DNA of 64,000 nt from Promethearchaeota archaeon. GTDB lineage: Archaea; Asgardarchaeota; Lokiarchaeia; Sigyniarchaeales; SOKP01. A program made the position numbers and the translations under genes. This document shows positions 30,480-41,391 of this stretch, piece by piece (the first letter of the stretch is position 1; each line of letters opens with the position of its first letter). Where the stretch lies: the NCBI GenBank assembly GCA_048937405.1, contig JBHLNF010000001.1:944785-1008784 (forward strand), in the 5' to 3' direction. The notes below the pieces were generated by a model. That model was not told where the DNA came from. It did not search any database and saw only the letters and a list, made by a program, of their open reading frames with translations.

Positions 30480-31670
30480 ATGAAGTTAACTGAGATCATT
30501 CAGGTAATGAAATCAAAGGAACTGTCTAAGCTGTGTCACTTGGCTAAAAATTTATACAATTTATCTAATTGGTATTATAGACAAGCCTTATTCAATTTGG
30601 GTAATTTTCTCAGTTATTACGATCTGGATTTCATGTTAAAACATCATGAATGCTATAAAACCTTGCCAGCTCAAACATCTCAACAAGTATTAAAGTTGGT
30701 CATCAAGAATTGGAAATCTTACTTTAGAGCCAAGAGAGAATGGAACATGAACAAGTTCAAGTTTAAACGTGTTCCAAAGATACCAAGATATAAGAGAAAA
30801 GATGGAGAGTCCATTGTCATTTTCACGAATCAGAATGCAAGAATAAAAGATGATGGATGCCTTCATTTTCCTAAGAAATGTGATTTAAAACCTGTTAAGA
30901 CTCGCATTACACAATTTCAACAGGTTAGAATAATACCATTTGGGGATAGATATAAAATCGAAATAATATACGAGAGAGAAGCAAAAGATTTAGGTTTGAA
31001 TAAGGATGCTGTCGTAAGCATTGATTTGGGTTTGAACAATCTCATATCTGCTGTAAATAATAAAGGTTTGAATCCTTTTATTGTTAAAGGTGGGAATGTC
31101 AAATCTGTAAATCATTACTACAATAAGCAATTAGCACGTTATAGAAGCATTGAAAGGAAGAAGGGTAATCTTATAGATACGAAAAGAATTAGGAGATTAC
31201 ATCTGAAGAGAAATAACAAAATTATCGATCACTTCCACAAAATCTCTAAGAAGGTGATTACCTATTGCAAAGAAAATGATATAGGGACGATAGTAATTGG
31301 ATATAACGAAGGATGGAAGCAGAAATGCAATATAGGGAAATTAAATAATCAAAAATTTGTTCAAATTCCTTTTACTACATTATTTCAACAGATTGCATAT
31401 AAGGGAAAGCTGATTGGTATTGATGTAGTGTTAATAGATGAAAGTTATACGAGTAAATGCTCTTTTTTAGACGGAGAAGAGATCAAGAACCATTCCACTT
31501 ATGTAGGGAAGAGAGTTAAAAGAGGATTATTCAAATCTCAGGATGGAACGATTATTAATGCCGATGTGAATGCAGGATATAACATCATGAAGAAAGCATT
31601 CCCAAATTCTATAACTGAAGATGGGATACAGGGTTTGGTGTTAAACCCACAAGTTGTCAAGATTTCTTGA
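30480..31670 (+). CDS. tnpB: TnpB RNA-guided endonuclease
   Basis: AKNLYN, LPAQTSQQ, SIDLGLNN, VIGYNEGWKQ, DESYTSKCS, INADVNAGYNI. Confidence 0.93.
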   Translation: MKLTEIIQVMKSKELSKLCHLAKNLYNLSNWYYRQALFNLGNFLSYYDLDFMLKHHECYKTLPAQTSQQVLKLVIKNWKSYFRAKREWNMNKFKFKRVPKIPRYKRKDGESIVIFTNQNARIKDDGCLHFPKKCDLKPVKTRITQFQQVRIIPFGDRYKIEIIYEREAKDLGLNKDAVVSIDLGLNNLISAVNNKGLNPFIVKGGNVKSVNHYYNKQLARYRSIERKKGNLIDTKRIRRLHLKRNNKIIDHFHKISKKVITYCKENDIGTIVIGYNEGWKQKCNIGKLNNQKFVQIPFTTLFQQIAYKGKLIGIDVVLIDESYTSKCSFLDGEEIKNHSTYVGKRVKRGLFKSQDGTIINADVNAGYNIMKKAFPNSITEDGIQGLVLNPQVVKIS

Positions 31671-31753
31671 TAATTTTAAATAAGATTAGGTATGTTCTCC
31701 TAGTTTTGATAACATGGTTAATTAAATAAAACTATTTATTTATAGTAATATAT

Positions 31754-33169
31754 ATGGAAAAAGCGAATTCTCATAAAAAAATAGTTCAATTAATAAAAAA
31801 TTCGAATGAAGAATTTATCGAAAAAGAATTGCGTCCATTTTTAAGAATTCCAAGTAATACTCTTAATCAAGAAGGTATTAAGCAAGCAGAAAATTATCTC
31901 ATCTCTTATATCTCCAAATTTTCCGAAGATATAAATGAATTTAAAGGTGAAATCAATCCCCTAATCGTTGCTAATGTTCAGGGAGTAATCAAGAATCCAT
32001 TAATAATTTACTTAATGTATGATACTCAACCTATTAGTAGAGAAAATGAATGGATTAGTAAACCTTTTAAAGCAGAAATTAAGGTCTTACCATCTCCACT
32101 AAATGAATTAGGAAATTGTATTATAGCAAGAGGTGCTTATAATTCAAAAACTCCCTTATTATGTTTTCTAAATATAATTAAAATTTTAAAAGAAAATAAG
32201 AGTCTTCCTATCTCTTTGCTATTATTATTTGATGGTGATGAGGAAATGGGTTCTCTTTCTTTATTAAAATTCCTTGAAAATGAGAATAATAAAAATGTTT
32301 TTAAAAATTGTACAGATGCATATTATCCTGCCACCAAGCAAGATCTCAGCCAGAAGTCCATAATAAAATTAGGTTATAAAGGAATTTTATCATTAACAAT
32401 AAAAATTTCCTCAGATAATAAAGAACCACATTCTTCTTTTAGTGGGATGATTCCTAATCCTGCTTTTGATTTAATTTCTCTACTTAATTCCATTTATTCT
32501 AATAGTCAATTCAATATTAACTGTTTAAGACATGCTTATATACCTACAAGCGAAGAGCAATCTTTATTGGAAGAACTTTCTAAAAAAATTAACTTTAATG
32601 AAATACAAAAAAAGGCTGGTATAATCCAAACGACTGAAAAAGATCCTAAAAAATTATTGATTAATTATCTGTTTAATCCCACCTTTAATATATCAACCTT
32701 AAAATCAGGGTATTTAGAAGAAGGAACTAAAAATTATGTACCTAATCAAGCTATATGTAATATTGATATTCGATTTGCTCATGATATATCAAATGAAATT
32801 ATTATTAAGGAAATTGAGGAAAAAATCGAGATTTTTACTAAGAGAACAAACTCTAAGATTGAAATGATTAAAAATATTGGTTATGATAGATCTCGAGTGA
32901 GGATTAATTCTCCTCTTGTTAAGAGTCTTATTAAAAGTGCGGAGACATTAGGGTTTTCAACTGAAATATGGCCTATAAGTGCTGCAGCAGCACCTTTAAG
33001 TAAAATTCAAAAGGAATTAGGCTTAGATTTTATTACAGGTGGGCTAGGAATTGGGGGGTTCGCTCATTCTACAAATGAGTTCATTCAATATGACTCAATT
33101 ATTAATACACGTATTTCATATTATCATTTCCTTAATATATATTCAAACCTTATAACACAACAATCATGA
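31754..33169 (+). CDS. M20/M25/M40 metallo-hydrolase
   Basis: YDTQP, ARGA, DGDEEMGS, G.KG, AHSTNE. Confidence 0.85.
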   Translation: MEKANSHKKIVQLIKNSNEEFIEKELRPFLRIPSNTLNQEGIKQAENYLISYISKFSEDINEFKGEINPLIVANVQGVIKNPLIIYLMYDTQPISRENEWISKPFKAEIKVLPSPLNELGNCIIARGAYNSKTPLLCFLNIIKILKENKSLPISLLLLFDGDEEMGSLSLLKFLENENNKNVFKNCTDAYYPATKQDLSQKSIIKLGYKGILSLTIKISSDNKEPHSSFSGMIPNPAFDLISLLNSIYSNSQFNINCLRHAYIPTSEEQSLLEELSKKINFNEIQKKAGIIQTTEKDPKKLLINYLFNPTFNISTLKSGYLEEGTKNYVPNQAICNIDIRFAHDISNEIIIKEIEEKIEIFTKRTNSKIEMIKNIGYDRSRVRINSPLVKSLIKSAETLGFSTEIWPISAAAAPLSKIQKELGLDFITGGLGIGGFAHSTNEFIQYDSIINTRISYYHFLNIYSNLITQQS

Positions 33170-33170
33170 T

Positions 33171-34325
33171 TTAATCAAATAATCCTGTTAATCCCCTCAT
33201 TCTTGCTTTAATTGCATTTTGTGGACATAATTCAGAACAACATAAACAAGAAATACATTTTTTTCTTAAAAACATAGGATAATTTCCATCTATAAATTTT
33301 ATTGCATTAGCTGGGCAAATATCAGCGCACTGACCGCATTTCACACATCTATTCTTTATTAAATTAGGTATTTTTTTAATTATTTTATATCCTATATGTC
33401 CCGTCATGAAACTAATAACACTTGTAAAGTTATTTCCAGGAACATTAAATTTAGGAGTTTGATTTTTTGCCTGTTCAAGAGACATTCCTAAAATTTCTAT
33501 TTCTTCTAAGTTTCCAACTCCCAATTTTCGTTCTATTGCATTTTTAACATGAGGTACGATTTTTGTTTTAACCTTACCAATTTCCAACGCTACAATATCT
33601 AAAGCTAACTCATCTGTTCCTGCAAGAAGTAAATCCCATTGTTTCATCGATCCTCCTCCTGGACCAAACCTCCCTTCCATTATGTTTTGTAAATCGTAAA
33701 TAATTAATCTATTTGGTTTGTTCTTTACAACCCATGAAAAATTATCCGCAAGAACTTCTCCAAATTGTTCAGCAGTTTTTCCTAATAAATGATATTGAGC
33801 TTTTAATCCTCCCTGTATAATTCCCCAATAATTTTTTATTGCTCCTGTCATTGTTGCCTCGATATGAGATTTTAAGCGTGGTAAGTTAATTAAAATATCA
33901 CATTCTTTAACTGCCTTTGCAACACGGATTTGTTTCAAACGTAAAGCACCCTCTATCTTTTCAATTAATGGTGTATCGCTTTCGAAATCTACAAATTTTA
34001 CGCCATACTTCTCACAAATTTCAAGTATTCCAACTTTTTCTGCTACATCAGAAGCGGACTTTCCCTGTTGTCCCGGAGAATCTCCCACAGAAACATTCTC
34101 TATAGAAACACCCTTCTCATTTAAATAAGTGATTACACCCTCTAGAAAACTTGGTTGTGTACATGCGTTTTTTTTTGCTGTAAGTAAATTTGGCTTAAGA
34201 AGTATTTTCTTTGAATTTGTAAAATCGAATAGCAAATTATCTTCTATTAATTTAATAGCTCCAATTACAGCTTCAGGAATTGACTCAAAATCTTTTACAT
34301 TTATTATACTTATTTTAGTGGACAT
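33171..34325 (-). CDS. DUF362 protein with C-terminal 2x[4Fe-4S] ferredoxin
   Basis: LLKPNLL, INLPRLKSH, TGAIKN; CVKCGQCADICP, CISCLCCSELCP. Confidence 0.9.
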   Translation of the reverse strand: MSTKISIINVKDFESIPEAVIGAIKLIEDNLLFDFTNSKKILLKPNLLTAKKNACTQPSFLEGVITYLNEKGVSIENVSVGDSPGQQGKSASDVAEKVGILEICEKYGVKFVDFESDTPLIEKIEGALRLKQIRVAKAVKECDILINLPRLKSHIEATMTGAIKNYWGIIQGGLKAQYHLLGKTAEQFGEVLADNFSWVVKNKPNRLIIYDLQNIMEGRFGPGGGSMKQWDLLLAGTDELALDIVALEIGKVKTKIVPHVKNAIERKLGVGNLEEIEILGMSLEQAKNQTPKFNVPGNNFTSVISFMTGHIGYKIIKKIPNLIKNRCVKCGQCADICPANAIKFIDGNYPMFLRKKCISCLCCSELCPQNAIKARMRGLTGLFD

Positions 34326-34660
34326 TGTTAAACTCGATAAACTTCTTTTTCATAAATATCGTAATTGACTTTATTAACCTTGTTTAAGAGTAATATCGAA
34401 TTTTATGAAAACTTAATTATTTCATAAAAATGGTATTTTATTATGTTAGATTAGTAGAGAATAGATTTCTCCTCTTGTGATTGAAACTGTTTGAGAAATT
34501 AAGTAAATCCTAAAAGATAAAAAAGATAATAGTGAGGAGACAAGAAAGTATCTTTTTCTTTACATGAAATGCCATTCAAATAAATAGTTGACAAATCACC
34601 ATAACCTTTAAATAATAAAATCTCCATAAATAGATAAAAAATAATCCATTTGATTAAAGA

Positions 34661-35005
34661 ATGTTATTTGAATTGTCTGAATTTATATTAGGTTTTTTTA
34701 TGATACTTCTATCAAATTCCATATCTATAGGTATTCAAGTTGTAATTCTTGTCTTAGGATATCTCATTCATAAAAGGAATTCATCTACCTATGGACGCTA
34801 CTTTATGGTTTCTGCAATTTGCTCGATTTTATCACTCATTCTCACGGCACTCTTTTTGAATATCTCAGACTCTATCTTTATCAGAGCTTTATTTTTATTA
34901 ATACCAACGAGCATTGGCATTGTAGGTACAGTTTTTCTAATCTTAGCAATTTATAAAGTATACGATACTCATAGAATGGATAGAATTGAACAAAAAATTG
35001 TTTAA
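34661..35005 (+). CDS. Small membrane protein
   Basis: 114 aa, 3 hydrophobic segments. Confidence 0.65.
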   Translation: MLFELSEFILGFFMILLSNSISIGIQVVILVLGYLIHKRNSSTYGRYFMVSAICSILSLILTALFLNISDSIFIRALFLLIPTSIGIVGTVFLILAIYKVYDTHRMDRIEQKIV

Positions 35006-35288
35006 TTTTTTTTTTTAATTTTCTTCACTTCATCTATAAGCATTTTTAGTTTAGTATTTTTTTATATTGATGTTGAAATGTTATTAAATAAAATCTTACT
35101 TGTTTTTATTTGTATCTAAAAACAATTATTTTTAAGAATCTAATATATTATATTTATAAAAATAGATTAATCAATATCAAAGAAAAATAAAAAAGATCAT
35201 TCTTAAATTAAAATAAAAAAAGTCTATATTCCGATACTTAAGAAAATTAAATCATTAAAAAATTACTTTGTTCTGGAGTAGCATACTA

Positions 35289-35822
35289 ATGGCAGATGCA
35301 ATGTTTAAGATTGTGTTTTTCGGGGATGGGGGTGTTGGTAAGACCACGCTAATAAACCGATATTTAACTGGAGTTTTTAAGAGCGATTCAGTAATTACGA
35401 TAGGAGTAGATTTTCACGTTAAAAAGATTGAAATTGATGGAAAACGAGTTAGTTTACAAATATGGGATTTTGCTGGTGAAGATAGATTTAGATTTCTTAT
35501 GCCTAGTTATGTTGTAGGAGCTGCCGGAGGTATCTTTATGTTTGATATAACAAGATATACTAGTCTAAAAAATTTTAACGATTGGATTGAAATCTTTAAA
35601 CAGGGATATAAAGGAGATACACACCAATTCCCTGTGCTCATGGTAGGAAGTAAATTGGATCTAGAATTTAAAAGAGCAGTATCTAGGGAAGAAGCATTTG
35701 AATTAGCTAAAAAGAATAATCTTTTTGGATATCTCGAGTGCTCTGCTAAGAATGGTGAAAATGTTAAAGACATATTTTTAGAAATTACTAGGTTAGTAAT
35801 GCTAAAAGCAGGATTATTATAA
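35289..35822 (+). CDS. Rab-like small GTPase (start probably ATG 35289)
   Basis: GDGGVGKT, TIGVDF, LQIWDFAGEDRFR, GSKLD, ECSAK; no C-terminal prenylation Cys. Confidence 0.93.
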   Translation: MADAMFKIVFFGDGGVGKTTLINRYLTGVFKSDSVITIGVDFHVKKIEIDGKRVSLQIWDFAGEDRFRFLMPSYVVGAAGGIFMFDITRYTSLKNFNDWIEIFKQGYKGDTHQFPVLMVGSKLDLEFKRAVSREEAFELAKKNNLFGYLECSAKNGENVKDIFLEITRLVMLKAGLL

Positions 35823-35844
35823 TAAAACCTATCGCAATAATAGA

Positions 35845-36708
35845 CTAGTTTTTAAAAATTTCACTCAAATCCTTAATTACTAAATCGGGAATTAAGTCTT
35901 TATCAAAATTCTCAGAATTAATTGATTTGAATTTTAAATCCTCAATCATTCCTTGGGAAGTAACTCCTGTTAATACTGCTATCGTTATAATCCCAGCCCG
36001 ATTACCTGCTAAAATATCAGTATTCAACTTATCACCAAAAATGCAAGCATTTTCAGCAGATATTTGAGTTTCATGTAATATCATTTTTATTCCATGGGGT
36101 TCTGGTTTTCCAAATACTCTTACTGGATTTGTATTTGTACATGTTATTAGAGCATTTACCATTGCACCTGATCCTGGTTTAAGTCCATGGGCAACAGGTA
36201 ATGTAGAATCAGTATTTGTAGCATAAAATTTAGCTTTGCCTTCTAAAATACATTTTTGAGCAATAGCTAATTTGTGATAGTTAAAATCTCTATCGAGTCC
36301 AACAATAACAAAATCAATTTCTTCAATGTTTAATGGTTCAGTGATGACTTTATGACCATATGATTGTAATTCTTCTCGTAATCCCCTTTCTCCAATAACA
36401 AAGATTTTCGCATTTTTTTTTAATTTTGAAATTTCAGCAGATGTAATCGAAGCACTAGTATAAAAATCGGAGGGTTTACTATTTATATTAAATTTATTCA
36501 ATCTCTCTACATAAGTTTGTCGAGTTGCCGTAGAATTGTTAGAATTATATACTACTTTAATAGAGTGTTCTTTAAGTTCATTAATTATTTTATCTGCAGG
36601 TGGAATTAACGTTTCTCCGCGATATATTACCCCATCTAAATCAAAAATTGTCAATTTTATATATTTCAATGCATCTATCAAACTACACATGGTAAAAGCT
36701 AAAACCAT
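35845..36708 (-). CDS. HAD-IIA (NagD-like) phosphatase
   Basis: FDLDGVIY, SNNS, GKP, GDKLNTDI..G. Confidence 0.92.
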   Translation of the reverse strand: MVLAFTMCSLIDALKYIKLTIFDLDGVIYRGETLIPPADKIINELKEHSIKVVYNSNNSTATRQTYVERLNKFNINSKPSDFYTSASITSAEISKLKKNAKIFVIGERGLREELQSYGHKVITEPLNIEEIDFVIVGLDRDFNYHKLAIAQKCILEGKAKFYATNTDSTLPVAHGLKPGSGAMVNALITCTNTNPVRVFGKPEPHGIKMILHETQISAENACIFGDKLNTDILAGNRAGIITIAVLTGVTSQGMIEDLKFKSINSENFDKDLIPDLVIKDLSEIFKN

Positions 36709-37847
36709 CCTACTGGTAATCCTAATAAAAATATAAAGATTTGTATACCTAAAGGAATAAAAATGGGATTTAAAATATTATCTGCTGTATAAATTGGAAA
36801 ATAATCGGTAATGAAAAATATAATCGCTCCAATTATTGCATATATAGGACCTACAAGAATTAATCCAATTACATATGCAACTATCATTCCTGCTAAAAAA
36901 CCTTCAATAGATTTAGTATCCTTACTTCTTACAGTCACTTTATGCTTTCCGTATTTCTTTCCAATCAAAGCTGCTGCGGCGTCTGAAAGACAAGCTATAA
37001 GAAGACCTGCAAAGAACACTAAGATATGTATTATACCTGCCATATAAAGCATGTAAGAAAAGATAATTCCTGTAATAATATAGATTTGTGGTCCAGTTGC
37101 ATTCATCTCTTTATTTCTTAACATAGAATGTGTTAAATAATTGAAAATTGAGTATTCTGGTCCCCATATAACTCTAATAATGTCAGATATGATTGCAAAT
37201 ATTAATGAACCAATCAATCCCATCATTGTTAGATAAATAATAGCTTGAGGGTCTCCTGAACTAAATGGATATAACGAGAGTGGACCCCATATTATTTCAT
37301 AAACAGGAGGAAATTGATTAAATACAACGAGTAAGGTATCATTAATTATACGAGCTAATGGATACAGAAGTGTAAAAAAACCGAAATAACCTAAAATAAG
37401 GATAAATCCCATCAAATGAAAGCTTTTTCTTATCATTTCTTTTTTAACGGGGAATTCTTCACGGTATGGGCTTTCATAAGATAATTTTTCAATATACCGC
37501 TGTAAAGGACGTTTTTTTCCTTCATTAATCTCTACTTTACCCCTATCAAAATCCATTTTCTTTATTGTCTTTTTAATTATCTCAATAAAGGTAAAATTTA
37601 CTATTAGATTAATCCAAATCCACCAAATCATAAACCCATTAAATGGATATGGAAAAAATCTAACAATTGAATTATAATATCCAAAAATTAAAAAACAAAC
37701 ACCACAGATTATTGTAGAAATTCCCCCATATTTATTGTTTCCTTTAATCCCTTTTCGTCCTATATGAAGCATCAGGATCATTAGAATATAGAAAGTAAGA
37801 GATAATGTTACATTATAAAGATTATCAATAACTTCCCAATAGTCCAT
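36699..37847 (-). CDS. CTP-dependent polyprenol/phytol/diacylglycerol kinase-family membrane protein
   Basis: RKSFH, SDAAAALIGKKYG, KSIEG, DN. Confidence 0.82.
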   Translation of the reverse strand: MDYWEVIDNLYNVTLSLTFYILMILMLHIGRKGIKGNNKYGGISTIICGVCFLIFGYYNSIVRFFPYPFNGFMIWWIWINLIVNFTFIEIIKKTIKKMDFDRGKVEINEGKKRPLQRYIEKLSYESPYREEFPVKKEMIRKSFHLMGFILILGYFGFFTLLYPLARIINDTLLVVFNQFPPVYEIIWGPLSLYPFSSGDPQAIIYLTMMGLIGSLIFAIISDIIRVIWGPEYSIFNYLTHSMLRNKEMNATGPQIYIITGIIFSYMLYMAGIIHILVFFAGLLIACLSDAAAALIGKKYGKHKVTVRSKDTKSIEGFLAGMIVAYVIGLILVGPIYAIIGAIIFFITDYFPIYTADNILNPIFIPLGIQIFIFLLGLPVGWF

Positions 37848-37918
37848 AATAAATCAAGCAAAGAATATTCTTAATTATTTTTATAATTAATAATCTATTA
37901 ATTACTTTAGCTTTAATA

Positions 37919-38968
37919 ATGACAACTCCAAGAAATAATTTCATCGAAGTATTAAAAAAAGAATCAAACACACCCATTCCATTGTATTGTACAGGCTACC
38001 CTGAGAAAGAATTTATTGATAAATATATCAAGAATTATAAAATAGAAACTAACAATACTGAATATGTTTTGAATTTAAAAAATTATGATATTATTAAGCA
38101 GATGGGGTTTGATGCCATTTCTCTTTGGGATTTCCGCCGGGGAGAAGGTGGTTATGCTATAGATGATCAAAGAAGAGTAGATGGATGGGGACGAATTTAC
38201 AAAAGAGATTGGTATTCCTGGGAAGGAGTGTTTAAAGACGAGAAAATTTTGGAAGAGTGGGATTTTTTAAAAATACCTTCTAAAAAAAAATTAACGAATT
38301 TAAAAGAATTTTTAACTAAGGAAAAACAAGATTTAGCATACGTCATATCCTTACCTGGTCTTTTTGAAAAAACATGGCAATCAATGGGTTTTTATTATTT
38401 CGCTAAATGCTTAAAGAAAAATATTAAATTTGTAGAAATTGTAGTTTCTTTTTTCTCGAATTATATACATAAACTACTAAAAGAGCTTCAACGTACTGGA
38501 GTTGAGAATTTTTTAATAGCAGATGATTATGGATATAAAAATAGAACATTTATTTCTAAAGAAATATGGCTCCATCTATTTTTTGAAAAATATAAAGACA
38601 TTATTAACCTCATTCAAAAAGCAAAACAGAATATTATAATACATTCTGATGGATATATTTCTGAAATGATTGATATTTTTATAGATTTAGGGTTTCATGG
38701 TGTTCAGAGTTTAGAACCCAATTCGGGAGTGGATATCCTCACTCTTTTCAAAAAATATCAAGACCAGATCTGTTTTATTGGTAATTTAGATATATCTCTT
38801 TTAACTTTTGGAACTGCAAAACAAGTGAGAAATTATATTATTAAATTAATTAAAAAATCAAAAAGATATAATTGCTTTTTAGCTGTTTCTCCAACACAAC
38901 AAATTAATCAACAGTGTATACCCAAAAATATTAATACTATGATAGAAACCACTAAAATATTTAAATAA
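37919..38968 (+). CDS. Uroporphyrinogen decarboxylase / MtaA-family protein
   Basis: DGWGR, ADDYG, HSDG, GNLD. Confidence 0.82.
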   Translation: MTTPRNNFIEVLKKESNTPIPLYCTGYPEKEFIDKYIKNYKIETNNTEYVLNLKNYDIIKQMGFDAISLWDFRRGEGGYAIDDQRRVDGWGRIYKRDWYSWEGVFKDEKILEEWDFLKIPSKKKLTNLKEFLTKEKQDLAYVISLPGLFEKTWQSMGFYYFAKCLKKNIKFVEIVVSFFSNYIHKLLKELQRTGVENFLIADDYGYKNRTFISKEIWLHLFFEKYKDIINLIQKAKQNIIIHSDGYISEMIDIFIDLGFHGVQSLEPNSGVDILTLFKKYQDQICFIGNLDISLLTFGTAKQVRNYIIKLIKKSKRYNCFLAVSPTQQINQQCIPKNINTMIETTKIFK

Positions 38969-39188
38969 TAATTTTGATCATTACTACAGGTATATACTTT
39001 TAAAAAAAATAGCAGTGCTTAAGGATCTTTTTTACAAAAATTTCAAAAGTTAATTAATAAAGAAATAATAATATAATTTATTAGAATTTACTAAATACAA
39101 AAAAATAAATAAAATTAAAATAAGTTAATTATATCTAATATTATAAGGTTATATACCATAAGTATATCCTCAAAAACACTAAAAAAAA

Positions 39189-39566
39189 ATGATGAATTTG
39201 GAACCAACTACTGAGAACTTAGATGATATTTTGAAAAAACTACTCGCAGCTATCCCTGAAGTAAAAGCTGCCGCAATTGTGTCTGCTGAAGGTTTACCTA
39301 TCGCCTCTGCATTACCTCAAGGAGTGGATGAAACGAGGATTGCTGCTATGACTGCCGCATTACTCTCCTTAGCCGAGAGGTCTGTTATCGAGATGGAGAA
39401 AGGAGAGTTCGATCAACTATATGTTAAGGGAAGTGATGGATATCTCCTAGTCCTACAAGCTGGTCCGAATGCCGTATTGACTGTTTCTACAACGAAGGAT
39501 GTACGATTAGGCTTAATATTTTTAGATTGTAAGCGAACCTGCGAAAAAATCGCAAAGTTGATCTGA
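39189..39566 (+). CDS. Roadblock/LC7 (MglB-like) protein
   Basis: AAIVSAEGLPIASAL...IAAMTAALLSL...LGLIFLD. Confidence 0.93.
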   Translation: MMNLEPTTENLDDILKKLLAAIPEVKAAAIVSAEGLPIASALPQGVDETRIAAMTAALLSLAERSVIEMEKGEFDQLYVKGSDGYLLVLQAGPNAVLTVSTTKDVRLGLIFLDCKRTCEKIAKLI

Positions 39567-39712
39567 TACAATTAAGATCTATTTTTATTTTTCGAAATTT
39601 TTTAGTTCACTTTTTTATATTTCTTCATTTCTTTTTATAAAAAAAACTTTAAATTGATTTTATTAGAATAGAATTTAAATATATACTAATATTATAATCT
39701 TTTGAGATCGAA

Positions 39713-39991
39713 ATGCCACAAAAGATATGGAAGTACCCAATAAACACCCAGGAAGTAAATTTTGCACTTGAAATGCCAGAGGGTGCCAAATTATTAACTT
39801 TTGATGTTCAGAAAGAAATTCCTACCCTATGGGCATTAGTAAATTCTAACAAAAAATATGAGAAAAGATTTTTCCGATTTGTTGGTACCGGGGATACTAT
39901 AGAAGAAGAAGTTAACTTAGACTATATAGGGACAATCCAGATGGCTGATGGTAAATTAATTTTTCATTTATTTGAGGAAATTAAATATTAG
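39713..39991 (+). CDS. Small conserved hypothetical protein
   Basis: 92 aa; IWKYP...GTG...YIGT.Q...FHLFE. Confidence 0.75.
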   Translation: MPQKIWKYPINTQEVNFALEMPEGAKLLTFDVQKEIPTLWALVNSNKKYEKRFFRFVGTGDTIEEEVNLDYIGTIQMADGKLIFHLFEEIKY

Positions 39992-39997
39992 TATATT

Positions 39998-40336
39998 ATG
40001 ACAAAAAATAATAATTATTATTATGTAATCATAAAACCGTATCGGCAAGATTTTCTTACAAATCCGAAAGAAAGTGAAAATGAAATAATGAAGGATCATT
40101 TTAATTACCTCAAAACTTTATTAAAACAAAAAAAGTTATTTTTAGCAGGCCCAACATTAATACCTGAGGATCCTTTTGGACTTATAATCTTGGAAACAAA
40201 CACAGAGAAAGAAGCAACAGAAATTTTAGAAAAAGATCCTTCAATCAAAGCAGAAATACAGATGGTTACAGATTTTAGACCTATTCGCTTATCCCTTATA
40301 AGGAAGAAGTTATCTTCAATTCAATATACAGTATAA
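39998..40336 (+). CDS. YciI-family protein
   Basis: HFNYL...LAGP...DP. Confidence 0.8.
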   Translation: MTKNNNYYYVIIKPYRQDFLTNPKESENEIMKDHFNYLKTLLKQKKLFLAGPTLIPEDPFGLIILETNTEKEATEILEKDPSIKAEIQMVTDFRPIRLSLIRKKLSSIQYTV

Positions 40337-40371
40337 CATATTGATACCATTTCTTCTAAAGATCACTAGAA

Positions 40372-41175
40372 CTATAGATTTAATTCTTTTATTACTTCAT
40401 TCACTTCGTAATTTTTATGAACAATCATATATAGAGCTTTTACAAATTTTGTAGGATCATCTGCTTGGAAAACATTTCTCCCATAAGCAACACCAGCTCC
40501 TCCCACATCTATCGATTGTTTGGTTATTTCCAAGATTCCATTAATATCTGTTTTTTCACCTCCTGCAATTATGACTGGAGCCATGCAACCATCGACAACT
40601 TCTTTAAAAGAGTCCGGATCACCAGTCCAATTTGTTTTTACTATGTCTGCTCCTAACTCCGCTGCAATCCTTGCAGCTATCTTAACCACTTCGACATCAT
40701 ACTCATTTTCTATATTTTCACCTCGTGGGTACATCATAGCAATAAGTGGCATTCCAAGATCTCTACATTCTCTTGATACACTTCCTAATATTTCGAGCAT
40801 TTCGGGATCTGACTTGGTTCCAATATTAATATGAATTGAAACGCCATCTGCCCCAAATTTGACTGCCTCGAGTACTGAATTTACCAAAACTTTATAATTT
40901 GAATCAGGACTTAATGAAGTTGAACCTGATAAATGCAGAATTAAGCCAATATCTGGACCATAACCCCTATGAGCATATAAAGGGATACCAACATGGCCTA
41001 ATACAGCATTAGCACCACCTAGAGCTACTTTATTAACTATTTCCCCTAAATCTTTTTCGATTCCCTTAATAGGTCCCACCGTTAATCCATGATCCATTGG
41101 TATTATAATAGTCCTTTTTGTCTCTCTATTAATTATTCTTTCTAACCTAATTTTTTTACCTATATATCCAGACAT
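40372..41175 (-). CDS. Class I aldolase, DhnA family (ADH synthase AroA'-like or FBP aldolase)
   Basis: PMDHG, AMMYPRG, ELGADIVKT, AGG, GRNVFQ. Confidence 0.88.
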   Translation of the reverse strand: MSGYIGKKIRLERIINRETKRTIIIPMDHGLTVGPIKGIEKDLGEIVNKVALGGANAVLGHVGIPLYAHRGYGPDIGLILHLSGSTSLSPDSNYKVLVNSVLEAVKFGADGVSIHINIGTKSDPEMLEILGSVSRECRDLGMPLIAMMYPRGENIENEYDVEVVKIAARIAAELGADIVKTNWTGDPDSFKEVVDGCMAPVIIAGGEKTDINGILEITKQSIDVGGAGVAYGRNVFQADDPTKFVKALYMIVHKNYEVNEVIKELNL

Positions 41176-41391
41176 TTTGAATTCAACTCATATTTTAATT
41201 CCATCAATAATGAATATTAAAAAAAGTATTATTATCTTTAATAACTCTCTCTTTTGAATTTTAAGTTTAATACCAGAATTAATTATTCTTCAGAGTTATA
41301 TTAAAGTAAAACCACAAACTATTAATTTTTTATTTCATTTGGACAATTACTAAACTTCATTAAATTTCACAAATTATACGGTTATATTCAT

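Larger units (their letters stand above)
30160..31715 (+). mobile_element. Non-autonomous IS607-family element (ends approximate)
   Basis: MerR-HTH/serine recombinase remnant directly followed by tnpB; different codon usage from flanks. Confidence 0.8.

Noticed and set aside
34440-34600. Structured RNA suggested by tctcctc/gaggaga complementarity
   Set aside because: The minus strand gives RYFLVSSLLSFLS, similar to RYFMVSAICSILS in the neighbouring membrane gene, so it is more likely a decayed paralog; too weak to annotate
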